Below, piece by piece: positions 24,880 through 33,879 of a stretch of 44,555 nt of DNA; position 1 is the first letter of the stretch, and each line of letters starts with the position of its first letter. The position numbers and the translations under genes are program-made. Source of the stretch: Deltaproteobacteria bacterium. GTDB lineage: Bacteria > Calditrichota > Calditrichia > RBG-13-44-9 > J075. The DNA lies in assembly GCA_011526015.1 (NCBI GenBank), contig WYBG01000315.1, forward strand, positions 1-44,555. Reading direction: 5' to 3'. A model generated the notes under the pieces. It made no database searches, was not told the origin of the DNA, and saw only the letters and a list, made by a program, of their open reading frames with translations.

Positions 24880-25271
24880 TCCCTTTCTGCAAAGATTACT
24901 TACTAATCCCTTTTGGTTTGTGAACAATTATACGAATATCAAATGATTTTATCAATACCTAAAATCAATTTTAATAGTATGGAATGATGGGGTATTACTC
25001 CAAAGGAGTCATTTTGTGAGAAAATCCTTCCACTCAACACTTCCTATCGATCTGCCCGATGCAGGCGGGCCGCCAGGCAGCTAATACTCCGTTTACCCCC
25101 ACAAAAATCTATTTCTTAAATACTACAAAACCACGCCGCATCGCTCCTTCTCCCCTTCCAGGTGGTAATATACTGGTAATACACCCCCCATTTTCAGGTA
25201 ATTTTAGGTAATTTGAGGAGGAGGAAAATAAGCACTTAATTACAATGAAATCAATATAATGTATTCCGATT

Positions 25272-25358
25272 GCCAAATTCAGGAAAATGGCGAAAATCGG
25301 ACTCAAAATCCGGTTTGGGTGATACCAAGCGTGGGTTCGAGTCCCACCTCCGGTACCA
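25272..25358 (+). tRNA. tRNA-Leu(CAA)-derived sequence, canonical from the anticodon arm to CCA but with an unfoldable 5' acceptor/D arm (likely truncated or pseudo)
   Basis: The anticodon arm is TCGGA-CTCAAAA-TCCGG (CAA at 25304-25306). A long variable arm (TTGG-GTGATA-CCAA) follows, then the T arm GTGGG-TTCGAGT-CCCAC and the 3' strand CTCCGGT-A-CCA. The required 5' strand (ACCGGAG or G-U variants) is absent within ~200 nt upstream. Confidence 0.5.
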
Positions 25359-25375
25359 GTAATATCAACAACTTA

Positions 25376-25413
25376 GGGCTGATCGTAAATTTCGCGGTCA
25401 GCCCTTGTTTTTT
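25376..25413 (+). terminator. Rho-independent terminator after the tRNA-like sequence
   Basis: The stem is GGGCTGATCG / CGGTCAGCCC (one mismatch) with a 9-nt loop, followed by TTGTTTTTTG. Confidence 0.7.
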
Positions 25414-25667
25414 GTTAGATGATGATCTTTGAAAAAATAATCAGGCCATTGCAACTCCGGCGACTGCGACGCGGAGCGTCGCCATTCATTGCGCACCGAT
25501 GCAGAGCATCGGCGCGAGTAACTGCGGATGGCCCGATTATTTAAACAAACTTCATAATCGCGGGGCTGTGCAAATTAAAATATATGAGTATTTTTAAAGA
25601 TTTTTTTTTACCTTCGGATGTGATTTTTTAAACTTTTTTCGACAATGGCAACTATCATGGAGCAGCT

Positions 25668-27455
25668 ATGAAGCGGAATGATATGGATAAGATGAACATT
25701 GTTGCGCAATGGGCATTTGATACCCGCCCGATATTGGGACGCTTTCATTTATGGCTGGAAGATATCGATATGGAATGGGCCCGCGGCAACGACGGCAGGG
25801 AAGCCTCTAAAAATATTTCCTTCGTCGGCGGGAGGTTGGAAAGGCTTTTGATAATGACCGCGGCAGTAACCGCATTGGGAACAAAACTATTCGGCCGCTA
25901 CGGGGAAGGAGAAGGGGCGGAAAAAAAGGCCCTGAACCAGGTAAAAAAAGATGCCGACGCGATTTCCGCCTATGCCATGAGCGAAAGTTTGTGGTATCTC
26001 TCCCGTTCTCTTCCGGAAAATCACGCGATTATGGTCTGCCTGGGCGAAGGGCTAATGCCCAAAGGCGGGGAAACTCCCGAAATGGGCTCTAACCCGATGT
26101 TAGGATTTGGCAGAATTTACGCCCGGCCCCAGGTTGCCCGATTTTTGGATGGTTGCGTCCAAAAGTTAATCAATGCCAAAAAATATGATTGGGCTGATTT
26201 TCGCAAGGAGATTAATAACGCCGGAATCACCATCTGGGGTGCGGCCATCGACACGCTTGAGAACACCTCCCGGTTTGCCAAAGGCAGCGAGACCGGCCCC
26301 ATGACCGTTCTTCATTTGTTCGACCAGCCGCTTGCAATAACCAAACCTTATGAAGGTTACATCGGAAACCTGGTACTGCCCCGGGCGGTCGTGCAAAATG
26401 CAGAGGAAAAATCATTGTTGATCAATTTCCTGACCCCGCGTGAGAAAGTACTGGAAGCGATAAAAGCAACCTACCCGGGCATAAAAAATGAAAACATACA
26501 CGTCTGGACGCTTGCGGGAAAGAGCCGGGAGCCGCGCATCGGTAAATTATGGGAAGACTGGCGAAAGCTCGGCGTGCACCTGGTCGAAGAGGGCTGGGAA
26601 TTACCCAGCGGATATAAGGCTTTTACGGAGTCCGGAACTTATGCCCCCACGTTTCTGGTGGGAACCTGGGAAGGCGATCAAAATGAAACACACCTCTTTA
26701 TTGTCGATGGCTATGCCGCTTCCGCAGAGGCGATTCAGGCCGCCAGTTTGTGCCCGATACTTGATTTAGATGCCTCCCTGGCAGTTTTTTCTTCCACCTT
26801 CAAACTCAGTTATGAGAAAGAAGCGCTTATCATGCACCTCGATCCGGATGCGCCGGGCTTCTCAAAAAAATTGGCGGAGATTTTTGAGCAGGAAGTGGAT
26901 GAAGAAATGGTTCAGTGGTTCCGGGATGATATAAAACTGGCCGATAACGCAGGGATTCCTTTAGACAAACGAATCGTTTCGATCGATGATTTCCTCCCCG
27001 AGAAAAAATGGCGGATAATGGCAATTTCAGGATACATGCTCCCCGATCCTTATACCGGCGCTCCCGGCATCAGGGAAGTATCTGAAAATACTTATGAGGT
27101 GACCGTTCGCCTGTCCACCCGCATGGGCGATAAACACACCAAAATTACGCTCCGCCTGTTAAAACCGTTTGATCAAAGCCGGCTGGTATTTAATCCGCTG
27201 CTGAACCGGTTTATGCGGGGCGAAAATTACCGGGAGCGCCCGGTAAAGATATCGGATTCCGGGAGAATTCGAAACGAACTGCAAACGCTTTGCTCGGAAG
27301 CGCTGGAGCATTTCGGCGCCAACAGCATCCGGGTGCACTTTGATAAAATTTCTCCGGATGTTATTTCACCCCATGACCAGAAAGCATTACGGGAAATTCT
27401 CACCTGGTATAAGGAGAATCATCCGATCTGGTTTGCCTGGCTTAATTTAGGTTAG
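25668..27455 (+). CDS. GlpX-like (class II fructose-1,6-bisphosphatase fold) protein with divergent active-site motifs and a ~200-aa C-terminal extension
   Basis: GGAG lies upstream of the ATG. Segments CLGEGLMPKGGETPEMGSNPMLGFG, AAIDTLENTSRFAKGSETGPMTVLHL and FIVDGYAASAEAIQAASLC parallel the GlpX GEGE..APML, DPLEGT..A.G and GiGGaPEGV.aA motifs but are not identical. Resemblance judged by eye only. Confidence 0.4.
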   Translation: MKRNDMDKMNIVAQWAFDTRPILGRFHLWLEDIDMEWARGNDGREASKNISFVGGRLERLLIMTAAVTALGTKLFGRYGEGEGAEKKALNQVKKDADAISAYAMSESLWYLSRSLPENHAIMVCLGEGLMPKGGETPEMGSNPMLGFGRIYARPQVARFLDGCVQKLINAKKYDWADFRKEINNAGITIWGAAIDTLENTSRFAKGSETGPMTVLHLFDQPLAITKPYEGYIGNLVLPRAVVQNAEEKSLLINFLTPREKVLEAIKATYPGIKNENIHVWTLAGKSREPRIGKLWEDWRKLGVHLVEEGWELPSGYKAFTESGTYAPTFLVGTWEGDQNETHLFIVDGYAASAEAIQAASLCPILDLDASLAVFSSTFKLSYEKEALIMHLDPDAPGFSKKLAEIFEQEVDEEMVQWFRDDIKLADNAGIPLDKRIVSIDDFLPEKKWRIMAISGYMLPDPYTGAPGIREVSENTYEVTVRLSTRMGDKHTKITLRLLKPFDQSRLVFNPLLNRFMRGENYRERPVKISDSGRIRNELQTLCSEALEHFGANSIRVHFDKISPDVISPHDQKALREILTWYKENHPIWFAWLNLG

Positions 27456-27503
27456 TATTGATCCGGGAATAAGGTATTCCGTAGCAGTCATGCGTCTTTC
27501 ATT

Positions 27504-27550
27504 AAAAAAATGGGCGAAACCCGGCCAGCGGGTTTCGCCCATTGATTTTC
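27504..27550. terminator. Bidirectional intrinsic terminator between convergent genes
   Basis: A perfect 12-bp stem GGGCGAAACCCG / CGGGTTTCGCCC (27512-27540) has loop GCCAG. It is flanked by AAAAAAAT on the left (a U-run for the minus-strand transcript) and ATTGATTTTC on the right. Confidence 0.8.
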
Positions 27551-27658
27551 GCAAACCGAAATTTTAGGGCTTTCGCCCTTTTTATTGTACCACTGAACGC
27601 TAATGTGTTTCAATCACTCTGTGCGCTCAGTTGGGTACATTATTTTTTTCTGGCTCCC

Positions 27659-30600
27659 TTATTTCACCAACAGCATTCGTTTCGTCTGGAAGAAAGCCGC
27701 ATTGCTGCCGTCAAGGGCACGCACGGAAATCGAATAAAAATAAAGACCGGAAGCTGCAAAAGCGCCGGCTTCGTTCCGCCCGTCCCAGTTTGTGGAGTAA
27801 TACCCGGCTTCTTTAGCGGAATTGGCGATCAAGCGGCTCACTTCCCGCCCGCTAATATCATAAACCGTTAACGTGACCATCGCCGGATACGGCAGTTCAA
27901 AGCGAATGGTAGTGGAAGGATTGAACGGGTTGGGGTAGTTTTGTTCCAACTCGAATTCAGCCGGCACGGCAATAGTCGCAAGATTGCCGGAAGCCAGCGA
28001 ATTGCCCCCGGGTTTAAAAAATGTGCCGCCTTGTGGCTGAATTTGCACCCCGATAACCGCCCAATCGGTTTTGCCGTTGAAACTGCCCGCTAAATTGATC
28101 GCAGAAGGATTCACGACCGTGGAATCGAAAACCGTCACGCCGGCGGTGTTTCCGCCGCTGCCCTGGTAGAATTCTTCGCGCTCGATAAAAGAACCGCCGG
28201 GCAGGTGATTTTTGTTGCGTATGGCCGCGGCGCCAAATATCAGGGTGTTAGCGACGCCGGTGTCAAAGGGGAAAGAATAACTCGCATTGTCGGCGCCGCC
28301 GGAACAGGTCCCATCCACGCCGTTGGTATTTCCGGAGATGACGCCCAGGGGGTTGGTGGTCGATGCGCCGGAATACCGCGATACCACGAGAGCGGCGTTC
28401 GAGGCCGCTGCGCTGAGAGTCGCCGTAACCGTTCCGCCGGTTGGAACCCCCTGCGCCATCCACACGGATATGCCGGTCTGGCTGCGCCCCGCGCACTGGG
28501 CATCCACCAGGGTCCAGGTTAAACCCAATCCTTCGACATTGACAACTTCCCGGTATGGTTTTGTGGAAATCGCCGCTAAGAACAAATCCCCGGGCGCACC
28601 GGAAAGCGTTCCCGCCGTAGAAACGGCAGCAGAATTCGCAGAGCCTCCGCTCCGGGTTTCCTCAAAATTCACCGTGGCGCCGGGCGGCGGGGTCTCCACC
28701 GCGGTTCCGGCCAGGGGAACGTCGAGGGGATTCTCATCGGGATCATCACTAACAATCCGCAGCGTGGCGCTCTTGGAACCCGCCGTTGAGGGTGTAAATC
28801 CTACGGTGACGAAGTGGGTATCTCCCGGGGCCAGGGTAAACGGCGTTGCCCCGCCTCCGGCGATGCTAAATTCCGCTGCATCCGCTCCTTCCAGGGAAAT
28901 TGCGCTGACTTGCAAATCTGCCGCCCCTTCATTCGTCAGGGCGAACTGCTGCGAGGCGCTGGAAAGGAGCACCACGGTTCCGAAATCATGTTCAGCCGGG
29001 TCGATTGCAATATCCGGCATGGGAGTTAAAGCGGTTCCGCTGAGCGGCACGTCCAAGGTACCCTGGTCGGGATCGTTGCTCGGAATGCGCCAGGCTGCAC
29101 TTTTCCCCCCTGGCGTGGCGGGATTAAAGGTGATTTCCACCGCCTGGCTGTCCCCGGGAGCAATGGAAAACGGCCCTCCGCCAGCAATACCAAACTCGCC
29201 GGCGTCAGCGCCGGTCAGGGTGGTTGCGCTTACTTCCAGCGTCGCGCTGCCGGTATTCCGAATGGTAAAAGAGTGCGCAGCGCTGTTTCCGATATAGACA
29301 TTTCCGTAATTATACGATGCAGGCGTTACGGCGATATTGGGTTCCGGAGTGGGAACCGCGTTGCCCGAAAGCGGCACGTCCAGGGGATTTTCATTGGGAT
29401 CGTTACTATCGAAGCGTAACGTGCCGCTCTTGGCCCCGGGGGTGAGCGGATTGAAGCTTACCGTAACATCGCGGGCGGCGTTTGGCGCCAGGGTGAACGA
29501 TCCCCCGCCATTGTCGATGTTGAATTCCGCGGCATTATTGCCCAAAAGGGAAACGCTGTTAACGGTCAGATCAGCCGTTCCGGTATTTTTGACCTCAAAG
29601 ATTTGCGAAGCGCTGCTGTTGACCACCACGTCCCCGAAATTGTGATTGGCCGGCGTCACGGTAATATTTGGCGCATCCGCTGCCGCGCCGGGGATAATTT
29701 CGACTCCCACGACCGCCCAATCCACGCTGCCGCCGAATTGGCCGCTCAAACTGACCGTGGCGGGATTTTCTATGGTCGCATCTATTACCGCCACGCTGGT
29801 TTCATCTCCCCCGCTGCCCTGGTGGAGCTCCTGGCGTTCGATAAACGAACCGCCGGGGGTGTGGGTGCGGTTGCGCATCGCCGCGGCCCCGAAAACGAGC
29901 GCATTGTTGGCGCCGGTGCTAAAGGGGAAGGCGTAGGAAGCGTTATCGACCCCGCCGGAGCAGGTTCCGCTGACGCCGTTGGTGTTGCCGGAAAGAACGT
30001 TCCCGAGGGGATCGCTGGGATGCGCCCCGGAATAGCGGGCGACGACAATGGCCGCATTCCGCGGGGCGCCTGCCAGGGTAGCGGTAACCGTTCCGGCGGT
30101 GGGGTTTCCCTGCGCCATCCACACCGAGACGCCGGTCTGGCTGCGACCGCCGCATTGGCTGCGCACCTCTGTCCAGATTAATCCCAGGCCGCTAACGCTG
30201 GAGACCGCCATGTAGGGTTTCATGGAGATGGACGCCAAATAAAGATCGCCGGGTATGCCAGAGAGGCTCGCCGCGGTGGAAACGGTATTGGAAGAGGCCG
30301 ATCCCCCGCCCTGGCTTTCTACAAAATCAACCGTGGTGCTGGGGGGCGGCGTTTCCACGGCGGTTCCGCCCAGGGGAACATCAAAGGGATTCTCATCGGG
30401 ATCATTGCTGTTGATACGCAGCGTGGTGCTTTTGGAGCCGAGGGTGAGCGGATCGAAGCTTACCACAACCGATTCGCTTTCCCCGGGGGCCAGGGTAAAG
30501 GGGGCGCTGCTGCCGGTAATGTGAAATTCCAACAGATCGCCGCCGTTTAAGAATATATCACTGACCGAAAGGTTTTGGTTGCCGTCGTTACGTATTGCGA

Positions 30601-31909
30601 ACGATTGGGAAACGCTGGTGTTGATAACCACAAAACCGAATTGATGCATGGCCGGCGTTACGGTTATATCCGGCGCAGGTATGACCCCGGCGCCGGAAAG
30701 CGCTACATTTAGGGGATTTTCATTGGGATCATTGCTGTTGATACGCAGAGTGGTGCTTTTCGCTCCCTGGGAGATGGGCGTGAAACTGACCGGCACCACC
30801 TGGCTCTCCCCGGCGTTCAGGGTAAACGGCACCGCGCTGTTGTCCACCTCGAATTCTGCGGCATTTCCACCGGTCAAAGAAATACCCGTAACGCTTAAAT
30901 CCTGGCTGCCATCATTACGGATAACTAAATTCAGGGTAGCCGTGCTGCCAATGAAGACGTTGCCAAAATTGTGGGCATCGGGAATGACCGTTATATCGGG
31001 ACTGGGATTGTGCAGGCCGGGAATATTTGCTTCATAAACCCTTCCGATCCCGTCGGCGATATAAAGGTGCTGGATTCCCGGGTCATCGTTGGGGTCGGAA
31101 GAGGGCGCAAAAGTTAATCCCTGCGGCGAGTGCGGCGCGGGGCTAAAACCGCTGATGCTATATTGCTTTAAAACATTGCCGCTTAAATCAACTTCGTAAA
31201 CCAGCTTGGCAGGGGTAGATACCAGGAATAGATGCCCGCTGCCTTCGTGATAGGCAATACCTTCCGGATCGGAGGTAATGGAGGGAATTGTAAATGACAG
31301 GGCGGGGAAGTAATTCAAATTGCCGTCATATACCAGTATCCTGGGGGAAGAACCCGTCCCGGAGACTTTGGCGATCAGCACGTACAAACGACCGGAGACG
31401 CGGTCTGCGGCAACGCCTTCCGCGTCATTATAGCCCGCGGTTTGAACTTGCAGCAGCGGGGCGCCGAAATTGCCGTCGTGTTTCATAACGGCGTGTTCAT
31501 CATCATCGGTGATATAGAAAAAACCGTTCAGATAATCAATGCCGGTAGGCTCGCGGTGGTTGTTACCCGGGGGGCAGGGGCTGCCGCCCTGGGCATACGC
31601 GTCGTAAGAGTTTACCAGGGTATTGCCCAAAGTCGGCACTTCAAAAATATTTTCGCAATTCCAGTCGCCTTCGGCGTTGATCTCCGAATCTGATATGTAC
31701 AGGTTCCCGGAGGGCGGGTGATAACCGATCCCGGCGGGCGTGGAGCTGCGGATAGTGGAATTATCGGTTACAAATACCCGCACAAATTCAATAACACCCT
31801 GGGTCTGCCCGAACCCGCTCAGGTTCATTGTAATCAAGAAAACGAGGGCGGCTTGAAATATGGCCAAAAACAAATTCGCACTGATTTTACGGTAGCAATC
31901 GGGTTGCAT
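27659..31909 (-). CDS. Giant T9SS-sorted surface protein: signal/anchor, SdiA-regulated-like beta-propeller, 5 choice-of-anchor-D/ASH-like Ig domains, 2 copies of a ~220-aa module, T9SS C-terminal domain
   Basis: The N-terminus is hydrophobic. Propeller-type motifs include EPTGIDY, AEGVAAD, PEGIAYH and PQGLTF. A ~105-aa unit (FG.V..g....L.IRN.G...L.V....L.G.NA.EF......PFTL.PG.S..V.V.F.P...G.KS.TLRI.SNDPDENPL.VPL.G.A) occurs five times. The C-terminus is LEQNYPNPFNPSTTIRFELP...LTVYDISGREV...GLYFY...KRMLLVK. Confidence 0.85.
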   Translation of the reverse strand: MQPDCYRKISANLFLAIFQAALVFLITMNLSGFGQTQGVIEFVRVFVTDNSTIRSSTPAGIGYHPPSGNLYISDSEINAEGDWNCENIFEVPTLGNTLVNSYDAYAQGGSPCPPGNNHREPTGIDYLNGFFYITDDDEHAVMKHDGNFGAPLLQVQTAGYNDAEGVAADRVSGRLYVLIAKVSGTGSSPRILVYDGNLNYFPALSFTIPSITSDPEGIAYHEGSGHLFLVSTPAKLVYEVDLSGNVLKQYSISGFSPAPHSPQGLTFAPSSDPNDDPGIQHLYIADGIGRVYEANIPGLHNPSPDITVIPDAHNFGNVFIGSTATLNLVIRNDGSQDLSVTGISLTGGNAAEFEVDNSAVPFTLNAGESQVVPVSFTPISQGAKSTTLRINSNDPNENPLNVALSGAGVIPAPDITVTPAMHQFGFVVINTSVSQSFAIRNDGNQNLSVSDIFLNGGDLLEFHITGSSAPFTLAPGESESVVVSFDPLTLGSKSTTLRINSNDPDENPFDVPLGGTAVETPPPSTTVDFVESQGGGSASSNTVSTAASLSGIPGDLYLASISMKPYMAVSSVSGLGLIWTEVRSQCGGRSQTGVSVWMAQGNPTAGTVTATLAGAPRNAAIVVARYSGAHPSDPLGNVLSGNTNGVSGTCSGGVDNASYAFPFSTGANNALVFGAAAMRNRTHTPGGSFIERQELHQGSGGDETSVAVIDATIENPATVSLSGQFGGSVDWAVVGVEIIPGAAADAPNITVTPANHNFGDVVVNSSASQIFEVKNTGTADLTVNSVSLLGNNAAEFNIDNGGGSFTLAPNAARDVTVSFNPLTPGAKSGTLRFDSNDPNENPLDVPLSGNAVPTPEPNIAVTPASYNYGNVYIGNSAAHSFTIRNTGSATLEVSATTLTGADAGEFGIAGGGPFSIAPGDSQAVEITFNPATPGGKSAAWRIPSNDPDQGTLDVPLSGTALTPMPDIAIDPAEHDFGTVVLLSSASQQFALTNEGAADLQVSAISLEGADAAEFSIAGGGATPFTLAPGDTHFVTVGFTPSTAGSKSATLRIVSDDPDENPLDVPLAGTAVETPPPGATVNFEETRSGGSANSAAVSTAGTLSGAPGDLFLAAISTKPYREVVNVEGLGLTWTLVDAQCAGRSQTGISVWMAQGVPTGGTVTATLSAAASNAALVVSRYSGASTTNPLGVISGNTNGVDGTCSGGADNASYSFPFDTGVANTLIFGAAAIRNKNHLPGGSFIEREEFYQGSGGNTAGVTVFDSTVVNPSAINLAGSFNGKTDWAVIGVQIQPQGGTFFKPGGNSLASGNLATIAVPAEFELEQNYPNPFNPSTTIRFELPYPAMVTLTVYDISGREVSRLIANSAKEAGYYSTNWDGRNEAGAFAASGLYFYSISVRALDGSNAAFFQTKRMLLVK
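27662..27958 (-). other. T9SS (Por) C-terminal sorting domain of the 1416-aa protein
   Basis: Residues ~1318-1416 carry NYPNPFNPSTTI, VYDISGREV, GLYFY and the terminal KxxLLVK, the type-A CTD pattern. Confidence 0.8.
28034..28696 (-). repeat. Internal module copy 2 (aa ~1072-1292) of the T9SS protein
   Basis: TVNFEETRSGGSANSAAVSTAGTLSGAPGDLFLAAISTKPY...GRSQTGISVWMAQGVPTGGTVTATL...GNTNGVDGTCSGGADNASYSFPF...GAAAIRN..HLPGGSFIEREE..QGSGG...DWAVIGVQI. Confidence 0.8.
29684..30352 (-). repeat. Internal module copy 1 (aa ~520-742) of the T9SS protein
   Basis: TVDFVESQGGGSASSNTVSTAASLSGIPGDLYLASISMKPY...GRSQTGVSVWMAQGNPTAGTVTATL...GNTNGVSGTCSGGVDNASYAFPF...GAAAMRN..HTPGGSFIERQE..QGSGG...DWAVVGVEI. 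It is collinear with copy 2 along its whole length. Confidence 0.8.
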
Positions 31910-32364
31910 ATATACTCCTCCTGGGGTTTTATTTCATGGAATATTCACCAATCCCGAGTACCGGGAAATTGGCTTTGGCAGGTTATGGGTTCCCATTTTG
32001 GTGAAATGGCGTAGCGGATTGGGAAAATGGCATTCCCAAAAACAGGAGAATCCTTATCACCTGTTTACACACTTCTCAGTATGAGCGAGGGTATTCCGAT
32101 TTTTCAATGTTCAGGATGGCGCATAATGTTAGTTCCGAAAAAGATTGCTTAACGTGTTCGACTGCACAAATTAGCCGGGGAAATAAAAATTTTAACGTGT
32201 GTTTAGTATATTCAGCGAAGACTATTCAGGCATTTCATATTTAAAACTTAATCGATTGCTGATGCTTTATATTCAAAATTTAATTAAATGGTAATACCAA
32301 ACTCATCTTTGTTTTAAAGATTTACTGATGGAATTACTATGAATTTTCAGCGAGGTTTTCGATA

Positions 32365-33738
32365 ATGAAGTTCATTCCGGTTTTCTTCGTTTTGCTGTTT
32401 ATCCTATTTTCATCTGCTGGCCGGGCAATTACTTATTTTGTGGACGCCGCAAACGGCGATGACGCCAATTCCGGCGCCAGCCCGTCTTCCGCCTTCAAAA
32501 CCATTCAAAAAGCCGCCGATACCATGGCGGCGGGAGACAGTTGCCGGGTTTTTACCGGGGAGTACGATGAAAGAGTGATGGTAAACGACTCCGGGGCTTC
32601 CGCAGCGCCGATTGTGTACCAGGCGGAGGGTAATGTTCTGATGAAAGGGTTCAAAATTACCGCGGATTACATTCACATCATCGGGTTTGATATGACCCGT
32701 TGGGGCGTTTCCGTTAAGGGCAAGTACTGCCAGATTTTAAATAACAACATCCACGATGTGGGTTTTGTGGGGATAGACCTGCTGACCGAACCCGCGTATG
32801 CCAATAACAGCACTTGCAGTAATTGCATTGTTAAAGGAAATACTATCGCTTACGCGGTAAAATGCGGCATCCGGGTGATGGGGCAAAATCACCTGATAGA
32901 AGACAACGACATCAGCCACACGCTGGAATGTTCGCCCTACACCTCTTATTGCGATGACGCCGACGGCATCCGTTTTTTTGGCAGCGGGCATATATTCCGC
33001 AGGAACTATATTCACGATATTCTCCACGAACCGGAAAATTTTGACGATCCCCATATTGATTTTTTCCAAACCTGGAAAACCGCCCAAAACATCATTTTTG
33101 AACAAAATATTTGTGTGAGTCCCAATACCAGCGGCAGCAACCAGATTGTAATGATTTCCGAAGATGACGGCGAAACCGTCAGCGATTTAATTTTCCGCAA
33201 TAATATTTTTATTATGAGCGACCCGGGTTACTGTGCGTTCAATATTCATCAAAAAAATCCCGGGGGATGGATTGAGAACATTGTCATTGCTAACAATCTA
33301 TTTTATCATGCCAACCCCGCGGGGATGGGAGAATATGCGATTCGATTAATCGGAACGCGCAATGTCACCGTTAAAAATAACGCCTTTTATGATTTTGGCG
33401 ACAACGCCGCTTATGCAAATTATATAACGATTGAAAATTCGGAAAACATTGATATTGGGAATAATAGTGTATATGTCACCGGCGGCCAGGCGCCCTACGG
33501 AGGGCCTTTTCCCAATGATGTATGGATGATCGACCCCCTCTTTCTCGATCCCCAGAACCGGAATTTTTTCATACCGGCGAATTCTCCGCTGATCGATGCC
33601 GGAATAGCCCTGCCGGAAGTCAGCGATGATTTTGCCGGCACTCCCCGCCCCCAGGGTTCTGCTTACGATATAGGCGTGTATGAATTTACCGGCGACAGTT
33701 TGCTTTCCCCGCCGCAGAACATACGGGTTACGAAATAA
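32365..33738 (+). CDS. Secreted right-handed parallel beta-helix protein (pectate-lyase-fold, DUF1565-like)
   Basis: The signal peptide is MKFIPVFFVLLFILFSSAGRA. YFVDAANGDDANSGASPSSAFKTIQKAADTMAAGDSCRVFTGEY is the typical N-terminal cap. Many NN.I / GI.. beta-helix rungs follow. Confidence 0.75.
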   Translation: MKFIPVFFVLLFILFSSAGRAITYFVDAANGDDANSGASPSSAFKTIQKAADTMAAGDSCRVFTGEYDERVMVNDSGASAAPIVYQAEGNVLMKGFKITADYIHIIGFDMTRWGVSVKGKYCQILNNNIHDVGFVGIDLLTEPAYANNSTCSNCIVKGNTIAYAVKCGIRVMGQNHLIEDNDISHTLECSPYTSYCDDADGIRFFGSGHIFRRNYIHDILHEPENFDDPHIDFFQTWKTAQNIIFEQNICVSPNTSGSNQIVMISEDDGETVSDLIFRNNIFIMSDPGYCAFNIHQKNPGGWIENIVIANNLFYHANPAGMGEYAIRLIGTRNVTVKNNAFYDFGDNAAYANYITIENSENIDIGNNSVYVTGGQAPYGGPFPNDVWMIDPLFLDPQNRNFFIPANSPLIDAGIALPEVSDDFAGTPRPQGSAYDIGVYEFTGDSLLSPPQNIRVTK

Positions 33739-33760
33739 ACCATTTCCGCAATAAAAAAAA

Positions 33761-33785
33761 CCCCGCCGGGAGGTGGGGTTTTTTA
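33761..33785 (+). terminator. Rho-independent terminator of the beta-helix gene
   Basis: An A-run precedes the stem CCCCGCC / GGTGGGG (one G-U pair) with loop GGGA, followed by TTTTTT. A second palindrome CCGGAGGTTC-C-GAACCTCCGG lies at 33806-33826. Confidence 0.75.
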
Positions 33786-33879
33786 GGGATTCCTCGGAAA
33801 ATCTTCCGGAGGTTCCGAACCTCCGGGAGGTTTTAGCACTTCAAAACATCTCAAAAAAATAGGAGGAATATATTAGACT

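Noticed and set aside
24694-24960. Additional degenerate CRISPR repeats flanking the two perfect copies
   Set aside because: The sequences at the expected ~71-bp periodicity on both sides show no similarity to the repeat, so the element has only two copies.
25109-25306. 65-aa minus-strand ORF in the long intergenic region
   Set aside because: It overlaps the tRNA-Leu-like sequence on the opposite strand, has a hydrophobic low-complexity translation, and shows no RBS.
28287-29297. 336-aa plus-strand ORF, plus several other 60-190-aa ORFs between 28205 and 31693, lying antisense to the 1416-aa gene
   Set aside because: These are shadow ORFs of a GC-rich, repetitive gene. Their translations are low-complexity (Ala/Pro/Gly/Ser/Val-rich) with no motifs, and they are fully nested in a strongly supported CDS carrying a T9SS CTD.
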